This document shows positions 25,336 to 32,816 of a stretch of DNA of 32,816 bases, piece by piece. Position numbers and translations under genes: made by a program. The notes beneath the pieces are model-generated. The model did not search any database and was not told the origin of the DNA. It worked only from the letters and a program-made list of their open reading frames with translations. The DNA lies in IMG/VR virus record IMGVR_UViG_3300037484_000317; one strand, written 5' to 3'. This DNA comes from a virus (taxonomy: Duplodnaviria > Heunggongvirae > Uroviricota > Caudoviricetes). The first letter of the stretch is position 1, and every line of letters begins with the position of its first letter.

Positions 25336-25531
25336 GATTTCCAAGTACCCAAGTCCAAGTTCCTGTCCGATCCGTGAGCGAACCGCCGACAAGGTGTCCG
25401 TGGGTCGGTGCTATTTCCACAGTCCGGGAGATGTTTGCCCGCGACATGGGGACGTGAGCGGACCTCTGGCCGTCTACCGCACGACTGGCTCCCTCACGGA
25501 CGAGCTGGATTTCAAGCGAGTTCCAAAGTGA
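25328..25531 (+). CDS. Hypothetical Cys-containing protein
   Basis: Overlap packing; CPRHG motif. Confidence 0.6.
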   Translation: MAEISKYPSPSSCPIRERTADKVSVGRCYFHSPGDVCPRHGDVSGPLAVYRTTGSLTDELDFKRVPK

Positions 25532-25737
25532 CAGACTACACGCACAGGCGCTCTTTCCTTGTCCGGCACGGCGTGGAAATCGCTGTCGTCATTGGCCTTC
25601 TGGCGCTTGTGGTACTCCTGATCATTTCATCGAAGCGCGCCGAGTCCAACTGCGTAGGCAACGGGGGCCAGTGGATCACTGGGTTCACCTCCAACGGTGG
25701 TGGATTCTCCATCTGCATCCCGAGGAGAAACCAGTGA
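25528..25737 (+). CDS. Small single-TM protein
   Basis: GTGA overlap; hydrophobic helix followed by C-x-x-x-GG...C. Confidence 0.6.
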   Translation: MTDYTHRRSFLVRHGVEIAVVIGLLALVVLLIISSKRAESNCVGNGGQWITGFTSNGGGFSICIPRRNQ

Positions 25738-25934
25738 CGTTTATCTCGGCGCTCATGCTCACTGCTGTTAAGCGTGTGCCCCTTTTCGCCCACCCACTGA
25801 CGGCAGACAGTTGGGTCACCTACAACGCTGTCGATACGTATCTGAAATGGTACGCAAACCCGAAAGCCTATCGTGGTTGGCACTGCAAGCTCAGATACTG
25901 GACACTTGAGCCAATCGGAGGACAGAGTCAGTGA
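25734..25934 (+). CDS. Hypothetical protein
   Basis: GAGGAG RBS; GTGA overlap. Confidence 0.6.
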   Translation: MTFISALMLTAVKRVPLFAHPLTADSWVTYNAVDTYLKWYANPKAYRGWHCKLRYWTLEPIGGQSQ

Positions 25935-26341
25935 ACAATCCTGAGAACCTCAAGGCCCTAGTGCTACACCAAGGGTGTGATCCTACCAGCACAAGGTACG
26001 ATAAGATCGCAGAGGCGATTGATGACCTGGCATCTCGCCTTGCGGACGCGGAGTCCGCTCGTGATGTTGCACAAATCCGTGCGAACTTTGCAGAGGAAAA
26101 GACGTGGAGAGCTGCGGGATGTCCACCAGGACTTGTCGGCGCAGAATCCATCCGCATGACGGAGAGGTTAGTGCTCGCTGAAAGAGCGCTGGTGACGGCA
26201 GATGCATTTCGACACGGACCCCTCGGCTGTGACTGTGCCGACGATGAGGGTGATGGACACCACGAGGATTGCGAAGGATGTCGCACTGTCGACGCCTACG
26301 ACGATGCTCGGGCTGCACACTTGGCAACGGTGTCGAAGTGA
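25931..26341 (+). CDS. Hypothetical protein
   Basis: GGAGG RBS; GTGA overlap. Confidence 0.65.
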   Translation: MNNPENLKALVLHQGCDPTSTRYDKIAEAIDDLASRLADAESARDVAQIRANFAEEKTWRAAGCPPGLVGAESIRMTERLVLAERALVTADAFRHGPLGCDCADDEGDGHHEDCEGCRTVDAYDDARAAHLATVSK

Positions 26342-26739
26342 TAACCCCAAACGACCACGTGGGTCTCCGGACCTTTGGCAATCTGCACCTTGGGGTTGTC
26401 CCCCTGGATGATGTACTCCCTTTCCTGACCGTGGATAGGTCGAGAAGGGAGTACATCGTTGCAGGCAAGTCCTACCCAGTGAAAATGGATAGCACTAGGT
26501 ACAAGGTATTCCGGGCCAACCGCTTTTGCGTGGGATGTGGACTTGAGGGGACCGCACTGATGCTGGACCTTGCTCATGGTGCGTCCGCCCCCCATTTCAA
26601 TCTGTATGGAGTGGAGGATGGGGAGCTAATCCTGATGACCAAGGACCACATCATACCAGTGAGTAAGGGCGGAACCAATGCCCCCGATAATCTACAGACC
26701 ATGTGCTACACCTGCAACCACGACAAAGCAGACAAATGA
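26338..26739 (+). CDS. HNH endonuclease
   Basis: CVGCG...TKDHIIPVSKGGTNAPDNLQTMCYTCNHDK. Confidence 0.88.
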   Translation: MITPNDHVGLRTFGNLHLGVVPLDDVLPFLTVDRSRREYIVAGKSYPVKMDSTRYKVFRANRFCVGCGLEGTALMLDLAHGASAPHFNLYGVEDGELILMTKDHIIPVSKGGTNAPDNLQTMCYTCNHDKADK

Positions 26740-27422
26740 GCCCACGTAAACTCAATCCAGCCCTGTGCGCAAAGCGTGGCCACCTGTGGAAGGTCGCGAG
26801 CCGCAGCCGGGACACTGTGCAGGATTTTTGTGCCCGGTGTCCAGAGCGCAGGACGCGCCCACCGACTCCCGAGGAGAAGAGGGCGTTCAATACCTGGATG
26901 AAGAAGTTCGAGAAGCCCGCCCCCATCCACAAGCTCGCGCACGAAGTCGTCAAGGCTCTTGGGAAAGAGAAGGGCTACGAAGCTATGGGGGTTATGGACC
27001 GCCTCGCAGCGAAGAACCCAAAGCGCGTCCTCACGGTGGGAGTGGATGACTCCCACTACTCCAGCAGCTCGCTCACGTTCGTCACGCACGAAGCGGCTAG
27101 TGACGGAGGTGACCCATTCAACCCACGCCAAAAGAGCGAGCCCGTCTGGCATGGTGTCTCGGTCTACTACATCCCGCAGTGCACGGGAGAAGACCCAATC
27201 CAGTTCTTCCTCTACCCTCGTGATTTGGATGGGGTGCTAAAGGCACTCCAAACACTCAAGAAGCGAATGCTCACGTTCCCCAAAGTCCGTCGAGAGCAGA
27301 GGCAATCCGCTCAGCATCGTCGGGAAAAGAAGCGCAAGGCACCGACACATCCTAGTGAACTACGTGGGAAAGCCCGGCGTGAGGCATACGAAGCTTCCGG
27401 AGGCCCCGATGACGACCGGTGA
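26736..27422 (+). CDS. Hypothetical basic protein
   Basis: ATGA overlap; N-terminal C-x4-H...CxxC. Confidence 0.65.
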   Translation: MSPRKLNPALCAKRGHLWKVASRSRDTVQDFCARCPERRTRPPTPEEKRAFNTWMKKFEKPAPIHKLAHEVVKALGKEKGYEAMGVMDRLAAKNPKRVLTVGVDDSHYSSSSLTFVTHEAASDGGDPFNPRQKSEPVWHGVSVYYIPQCTGEDPIQFFLYPRDLDGVLKALQTLKKRMLTFPKVRREQRQSAQHRREKKRKAPTHPSELRGKARREAYEASGGPDDDR

Positions 27423-27741
27423 AAGCAAGAGCATGAACCTGCTTCCTCGTACGGCAACTGCGTATCTGTGCGTGATGCACCGATTGGAAAACAAGATCCC
27501 GAAGTTCATCGGGTTCGAGATTTCCTCAAGTCTCCCTTGGACTATGTCTGCTGGGGCAGGTTGGTTCGGCACGATCTACTATCAGATCAGTGCACCCACC
27601 TACGATGAGGCCCACAAGCAACTCGTGGAGCTGTGCCGAACTTACGAGCCCATGGCGTGGATCTGGCCTTGGATTGACCCCTCTCGTGAAGCGCATAATC
27701 GTCGCTTTGATCTACAAAAAGAAGCGGGAATCAGAAAATGA
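27409..27741 (+). CDS. Hypothetical protein
   Basis: GGAGG RBS before ATG 27409. Confidence 0.65.
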   Translation: MTTGESKSMNLLPRTATAYLCVMHRLENKIPKFIGFEISSSLPWTMSAGAGWFGTIYYQISAPTYDEAHKQLVELCRTYEPMAWIWPWIDPSREAHNRRFDLQKEAGIRK

Positions 27742-28436
27742 GTAAGTCAAGTGACATGGCAAAGAGTCTGGCGAATTTCGACTTGGGTGCAGTAGAAGGT
27801 CAGCCCTCGTACGCACTCAAGGTCGCGGTGGCACAATACGCACTCGACATGCAGAATGGGATCCTGGGCAGCGGTGGCCTGGGTCTACACATCGATGACG
27901 TCTTCACGAAGAAGACTGATCTCGATGAGAAGTTCGCCGCCCACCGAGGCCCTCTGCTCAATCTTCTCGCGCTCATCCACAGGGATGGGGGTGAGCACAC
28001 AGACTCCGTTGGTATCCACCAGAGCTACGAGGATGCGGTCCGAGTGTGGGCGAAGCTGCGAGTCAAGGAAGACACCCTTGCGGCAGCCGACCTGGCACTA
28101 CACGCAGTGAACAAGATGGAGCTGGAGATCGAGAACCTCGTGGAGTACGGCACCAGTGAGAGCTGCGAGGAAGAGGAGCTTGCACGGTACAAGGCGGACC
28201 ACCGTGCTGCGTGGGCGGTCTACGATGCGGCCTACGCGGTCTATGCTTCGGGAATGGAGCCCATCCTCTCACAGAAAGAGGCAGCCGAGAATGCGCTGGT
28301 GGAAGCCGCCACAGAACTGCGGGACACCTACGTTGCCAACCTGCCCGCTTGCGAGGAGTGCACGCACGTGGACTGCACTGCGATCCGCAAGTACGACACT
28401 GCCCTGAGAGTCTACCAGGGATTTGCCGAGAAGTGA
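27738..28436 (+). CDS. Hypothetical helical protein
   Basis: ATGA overlap; NLLALIHRDGG motif. Confidence 0.7.
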   Translation: MSKSSDMAKSLANFDLGAVEGQPSYALKVAVAQYALDMQNGILGSGGLGLHIDDVFTKKTDLDEKFAAHRGPLLNLLALIHRDGGEHTDSVGIHQSYEDAVRVWAKLRVKEDTLAAADLALHAVNKMELEIENLVEYGTSESCEEEELARYKADHRAAWAVYDAAYAVYASGMEPILSQKEAAENALVEAATELRDTYVANLPACEECTHVDCTAIRKYDTALRVYQGFAEK

Positions 28437-30892
28437 TGCGACACCACACCAAATCCCTCCTTGACGCAGCGCGTAATGAAAAAGACGTGGAGAACGCCTA
28501 CCGGGGTGAGATCGGCCATCACCGTCCAGAGGTGGGGATCACGTCACCGTTTGGATCTGACGGCTACGCTCAGTGGAAAGATGTGCGAGCGTTGTTGGAG
28601 TTCAAATACGATTTGGCCTTGAAGCAGCACCGAGATCAGTGTGGGGTGCTTGGGCAAATGATCCTGTACCTCAAGAAGTTCGAGCAGGCGGGGCAGATCA
28701 TGCCCAACGTGCTGTTCGTTGGGGACAAGAATGAGTGCTTCGCTCTAGAGGTCGGGGCCGTGAAGCACTTCCTGGCCCTTCCGATCGACTGGTCGGCGCC
28801 GCCCTCCGCTGGGTCTCCGGACCTGACACGGGCGCTGTTAGATGGGCTGGCAATCAGCCCGTTCGTGTTCGACGTGGGATGTGACTTCCGAGACGTGCTC
28901 GACAAGATTGAAGTCTTGGCGAAGGGCGAGGTACACCGCGTCAAGGCGACTGCGGCAAACATCGGGGCCATGTTCACCTTCTGGGAGGACAACGTGTTCC
29001 TACCCACGTCGGGCTTGACTTCAACGGAGCAGGTGGACGTGTTCCTCCGGTGCCTCTTCAAGCCGGACGATGTAGTAGCGCACGGAGCGAACAAGAACAT
29101 CCTCGTAGTCGAGGGTCGGAAGATCCCCATCAACGGCCACCAGTGGCAGTCGTTCATCAATCACTTCGTTCGCGGGTACAAGCCGTCCGAGATTGAAGGC
29201 TTCTACGCGAGCAAAGACCGACTCGTAGAAGACGACTCACGTCGGCGTCAGGGGGCGTTCTTCACACCAACGTTGTGGGTGGCGGAAGCTCACAAGATGA
29301 TTGAAACCGAGCTGGGTGCGGACTGGAGGGAAAAGTGCATCGTCTGGGATCCTGCGTGTGGTACCGGTAACCTCACGCGAGATTACGACTTCGGGAGCTT
29401 GATCCTCTCAACCCTTGAGCAATCCGACGTTGACGTGATCCGAGAGCAAGGATACAACCCAGGAGCCAATCTCTTCCGGTACGACTTCCTGAACGACGAT
29501 AGCAGTCCGTTCTTCGACGGGAAGAACACAATGCCGGATTCGGTAGACGAGATGCTACGAGAGGCAGCGAAGGCTGGGAAGCGCCTTGTGTTCCTGATGA
29601 ATCCGCCTTACGGCACTGCGAACAATGCAGGTACGGAAGAAGGCGACCACAAGGCTGGGATTGCCCTCACTGCGGTAAACACGCAAATGAAGGCGGCGAA
29701 GATCGGTGCAAGCAGCCAGCAGCTCTACGCGCAGTTCATGTACCGAAGTGCCAAGCTCGCAGAGGTGTATGGCTTCAAGCAGGTGACTGTCGCCACCTAC
29801 AGCGTTCCGACCTTCATGTGCAGCGGAAGCTACAAGGGCTTCCGTGACTTTTGGTACTCTCGGCTCTCTTACCGAAGCGGGATGCTGTTCCAGGCTAGCC
29901 ATTTCGCGGACGTCAGTGGCCGATGGGGCGTGTCCTTCACCTTGTGGTCAGAAGGCGTAACCGACTCGCGAGTGGACCTACCCATTGAGCTGAAAGACGT
30001 GAAGAACTTCGGGGTCATCCGGACTGGGATCAAACCCTTCTACAACAGTGATGGACGCGAGGCCAGTAAATGGGTGCGTGAACCACTCAAAGGATTGAAA
30101 GGGGTGGATGCCCCACAAATGAGCAGTGGGCTGAGAGTGAAGGAGGGTTCGGGTTGCCGTGGAACTCTAGTTCCCGGTGCTCTCGGATACATGACTAGTG
30201 TTGGCAACAACATCACGAAGTCGGATACGGATGTATTTCTGACGTCCTCGTGCTCTTCCATGGCCCACGGATTCTCAGTTCTACCTGGAGAGTCCTTCCG
30301 ACGAACAACAGCACTAATGGCAGCCAGGCTTTTGGTGCCGGAGTCTTGGGAACGGTGGACGGATGAATATCTTGCACCGGACACCACACTCCCTGGCTAC
30401 GAGCAGTGGAACGAAGATTGTATCATTTGGGCTCTGTTGTACTCCCGTCGGAACAACTGCACGGCGATGCGCGACGTCTCGTACAAGGGACGCGCCTGGC
30501 GGATCAAGAACAACTTCTGGTGGAAGACACGAGCCGAGTCCCGTGTGCTCTACGATCATGCAGCCTGCGGGCAGATCACGGCGGATTTGCGGGCAGAAAC
30601 CACCGACAGCTACCTAGCTAGCATCTTACCCACACTCAATCTCAGCCCGGAAGCCCAGGCGTGTCTCACGCAGTTGGATGCGCTGCTAGTGAGCACACTT
30701 CCGCACCGGGAGTCGTTTGCTACGGCACGCCCAGAGCTTCACCTGATGGCTCACGACAGCGGGATTTATCAGCTTAAGCACCTGTTCAAGGAGTACGAGC
30801 CAGAGGCGTGGAAGGCCCTACAGGTGAGCTTCAAGGCCCTAGCAGATCGCCTGCGACCGGGGGTCTACGATTTCGAGTTTCTTCGGGCGTAG
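28436..30892 (+). CDS. Type IIG-like fused restriction endonuclease / amino-DNA methyltransferase
   Basis: N-terminal NEKDV...SDG...LLEFK...Q (PD-(D/E)XK-like); GAFFTP, VWDPACGTGNL (motif I), MNPPY (motif IV); TGATG overlap. Confidence 0.82.
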   Translation: MRHHTKSLLDAARNEKDVENAYRGEIGHHRPEVGITSPFGSDGYAQWKDVRALLEFKYDLALKQHRDQCGVLGQMILYLKKFEQAGQIMPNVLFVGDKNECFALEVGAVKHFLALPIDWSAPPSAGSPDLTRALLDGLAISPFVFDVGCDFRDVLDKIEVLAKGEVHRVKATAANIGAMFTFWEDNVFLPTSGLTSTEQVDVFLRCLFKPDDVVAHGANKNILVVEGRKIPINGHQWQSFINHFVRGYKPSEIEGFYASKDRLVEDDSRRRQGAFFTPTLWVAEAHKMIETELGADWREKCIVWDPACGTGNLTRDYDFGSLILSTLEQSDVDVIREQGYNPGANLFRYDFLNDDSSPFFDGKNTMPDSVDEMLREAAKAGKRLVFLMNPPYGTANNAGTEEGDHKAGIALTAVNTQMKAAKIGASSQQLYAQFMYRSAKLAEVYGFKQVTVATYSVPTFMCSGSYKGFRDFWYSRLSYRSGMLFQASHFADVSGRWGVSFTLWSEGVTDSRVDLPIELKDVKNFGVIRTGIKPFYNSDGREASKWVREPLKGLKGVDAPQMSSGLRVKEGSGCRGTLVPGALGYMTSVGNNITKSDTDVFLTSSCSSMAHGFSVLPGESFRRTTALMAARLLVPESWERWTDEYLAPDTTLPGYEQWNEDCIIWALLYSRRNNCTAMRDVSYKGRAWRIKNNFWWKTRAESRVLYDHAACGQITADLRAETTDSYLASILPTLNLSPEAQACLTQLDALLVSTLPHRESFATARPELHLMAHDSGIYQLKHLFKEYEPEAWKALQVSFKALADRLRPGVYDFEFLRA

Positions 30893-30955
30893 GATGAAGA
30901 TTCTTCTGGCGCGAATGTAGAAGTGTGCCCACGATCAGACTCAAGGAGTCGAAAG

Positions 30956-31267
30956 ATGGCACAATATGAGATCACAAGATTGGATTCAACTCACGTTAGG
31001 GTCACTGGAACAGACCTAAGCAAACCTTGGATCATCCCAAATCGGGGCAGATTTAAGATTCAGTTGGGTTCAGAGGATGGGTTTGTGCATATCTCCGAGA
31101 CTGTAACGAAAGGTGTAGGGACCTTTGAGTCCTCTCCCGGCCCAAAGGGGAGTGCGGACATTACTGTTCATGGGTCTGGAACCACTCGTATTGTCGTTTC
31201 AGGGGGTGTTCTAAAGTGGCGTGGGCCACCCCGGTGGATGCCTCATCACCACATGGATATTACCTGA
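30956..31267 (+). CDS. Hypothetical protein
   Basis: AAGGAG RBS before ATG 30956. Confidence 0.55.
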   Translation: MAQYEITRLDSTHVRVTGTDLSKPWIIPNRGRFKIQLGSEDGFVHISETVTKGVGTFESSPGPKGSADITVHGSGTTRIVVSGGVLKWRGPPRWMPHHHMDIT

Positions 31268-31944
31268 GCAACCCGTCCCAGTTCCCTCGGATGTAGTCCT
31301 TGTAGCGGATCTGTTGGTTGGAGCGATGGTCGGTCACCCGATCATCTTGCTCACGAATCGTACGGATTTTGTCCCCACGCATACCCGAGCCAATCTGGCT
31401 TCGACGGGAGCTTGCACGCTCTTCAGTTGCAGCCGCTTGACGCGTCTCGAAGATACGCGCCCTTAGGACACGCATGGCTGTCTCACGATTCTGGTGCTGG
31501 GATCGTTCGTTCTCGATGCGAACACGCAGTCCAGTAGGGATATGGGTCATCTGAACTGCTGATTCCGTCCGATTCCGGTGCTGCCCGCCAGCACCGGAAC
31601 CCCGACAAGTCTGCCACTCGATGTCCTTGTCCTCGATGCGGAGATCATTCTCCCGAGGCTCTTCAAGGACCGCAATCGTAACAGTCGATGTTTGCACCCG
31701 ACCCCGCTTCTCATTAGGAGGCACTCTTTGCCAGCGGTGGCCTCCTGACTCCATGGCGAACACCTTCTTGGCGTTCTTGCCACTGGCTTGAAACGAGAGA
31801 TACCCGGAAGCCTCCTCTATGATGAGGCAGTCAAAGCCCCCTCCGCTCCATCAGCCGTGCATACACAGCGAACTGCTCACGAACAAGCGCCTTGGCATCC
31901 GCCCCACCTTCTCCGGCTCTGATTTCGACTATCACGCTTTCCAT
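31260..31944 (-). CDS. Class I peptide chain release factor-like protein (RF1-like, lacking domain 1), expressed through a +1 frameshift; about 227 aa
   Basis: ORF1 31944-31831 MESVIVEIRAGEGG...RRGL-stop; ORF2 31832-31260 with ESGGHRWQRVPPNEKRGRVQTS, GSGAGGQHRN, RSQHQNR, KIRT; GGAGG RBS. Confidence 0.88.
31830..31844 (-). promoter_or_regulatory. prfB-type programmed +1 ribosomal frameshift site
   Basis: GGAGG-GGG-CTT-TGA-C: internal Shine-Dalgarno, 3-nt spacer, slippery CTT, in-frame TGA. Confidence 0.88.
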
Positions 31945-31973
31945 TTTCACTGCCTCCAATGTTGACTACGGAG

Positions 31974-32044
31974 CGGTCCCGGCATGAATCGAACATGCCT
32001 AGCTGAGTTTAGAATTCAGAGCCTAACCACTAGGCTACGGGACC
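31974..32044 (-). tRNA. Amber suppressor tRNA, anticodon CUA (amino-acid identity uncertain, Trp- or Gln-like)
   Basis: Cloverleaf GGTCCCG-TA-GCCT-AGTGGTT-AGGC-T-CTGAA-TTCTAAA-CTCAG-CTAG-GCATG-TTCGATT-CATGC-CGGGACC-G; CCA not encoded. Confidence 0.9.
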
Positions 32045-32107
32045 TTGATCTCGACTTGCTGGGTGTCATTTCAATTCGCGCCCCATCAAGGGGCGAGTAT
32101 AGCGTTG

Positions 32108-32419
32108 TCAGGCGAAAGCGAGAGGAAGACTTCTGACTAGCTTACGCCCTGATGGGCCAATAGCAATAGCAGCGAGGGCGCCGCCCAAATCGGGCTCTTC
32201 GAATCGGGAGACGGGCACCCCCTGCCGTGCCGCCTGATCAGCAAGCACGGTGAGGGAGTCCAGGCTATCGGTTTCCAGAAGCACGAGCGTGTTGGAGTTC
32301 TTGTACCATTTCCGGTTCAATTCCTCATGACCCTCCGTGAATTCTCGGAGGGCATGGCAGAGCATGGCTGCCCGAAGTCCAGCGTTCAGGTCTCGACGGG
32401 TCACGAGAAAGAGCTTCAT
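32108..32419 (-). CDS. Peptidyl-tRNA hydrolase, Pth2-like
   Basis: KLFLVTRRDL..G...A...HA, LVLL, FEEPDLGG...AIAIGP...LPL. Confidence 0.82.
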   Translation of the reverse strand: MKLFLVTRRDLNAGLRAAMLCHALREFTEGHEELNRKWYKNSNTLVLLETDSLDSLTVLADQAARQGVPVSRFEEPDLGGALAAIAIGPSGRKLVRSLPLAFA

Positions 32420-32814
32420 GCTGTCTCCCGAAGTTTCGCTTGAAGGGCTTCCTTTTGGCGATCGAGGTCTGCCAATCTGCGCAGATTGGCCTCTCTCTGT
32501 TCTACGACCTGTTTCTCCTTGGCGAGTCTTGCGTCTTCCTCTGCCTTCACCTTTGCAGCAGCCAGACGGACCTTGACTTCCTCTTGGACCTCAGCCTTGA
32601 TAGCAGCCATCTCCGCGAGGAGCGACCGCTTCTCTTTCTCCTCTTCTGAGAAGTCATTTGCCTTTTCGTCGGCGGGGAACTCAGCCACCCACTCGTCGTC
32701 GGGAAGGCCATTGAGGTAGAGAAGATGTGTTCGCCCCTCGTACTCCTCTTCCGAGCCCGTCTCATGGAGAGAAGCCTGGACGTGGGATCGGACAAGGACG
32801 TCGATGACCTCCGA
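32416..32814 (-). CDS. Hypothetical coiled-coil protein, 5' end outside the window
   Basis: Frame is open from the window edge (SEVIDVLVRS...); stop overlaps the Pth2 ATG. Confidence 0.65.
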   Translation of the reverse strand, partial: SEVIDVLVRSHVQASLHETGSEEEYEGRTHLLYLNGLPDDEWVAEFPADEKANDFSEEEKEKRSLLAEMAAIKAEVQEEVKVRLAAAKVKAEEDARLAKEKQVVEQREANLRRLADLDRQKEALQAKLRETA

Positions 32815-32816
32815 GC

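Noticed and set aside
31260-31944. Release factor gene as a pseudogene
   Set aside because: The break coincides exactly with a canonical prfB frameshift signal and the GGQ region is intact
32079-32095. Hairpin CGCCCC-ATCAA-GGGGCG as an intrinsic terminator
   Set aside because: No clear U-tract on either strand; the role cannot be assigned
1-32816. CRISPR array or long tandem repeats
   Set aside because: No regularly spaced direct repeats seen by eye; the only recurring motif is the dispersed promoter
1-32816. Full TAG reassignment (genetic code 15) in this window
   Set aside because: Genes tile densely in code 11, recognisable proteins are not interrupted by TAG, and TAG appears to end several genes

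Overview
Dense, mostly + strand array of about 65 short-to-medium genes with many overlapping start/stop codons and no housekeeping operons. It is best read as an accessory or host-takeover region of a large (jumbo-type) phage; a myxobacterial-style TPR membrane protein and an ECF-type promoter motif hint at a Myxococcota host (inference). Recognisable genes: NAMPT (partial) followed by an HNH::CinA-like::NMN-adenylyltransferase fusion, an RNA ligase, a TnpB with an RHH partner instead of TnpA, a metallophosphoesterase, a large vWA protein, an ADP-ribosylglycohydrolase, a radical SAM enzyme, a ParB-like protein, a 2H phosphoesterase, PD-(D/E)XK and HNH nucleases, and a Type IIG-like REase-MTase. 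Three things stand out and are not visible in the ORF track: (1) a translation-termination cassette of Pth2, an amber-suppressor tRNA(CUA) and an RF1-like release factor split by a prfB-type +1 frameshift at CTT-TGA-C; (2) a ~150-nt multi-stem RNA leading into a PLMP/RRXRR-like protein with no RuvC or HNH motifs, divergent from the TnpB; (3) a recurring GTAA-N16-CGTT promoter motif. All calls come from reading motifs by eye; no searches were run.
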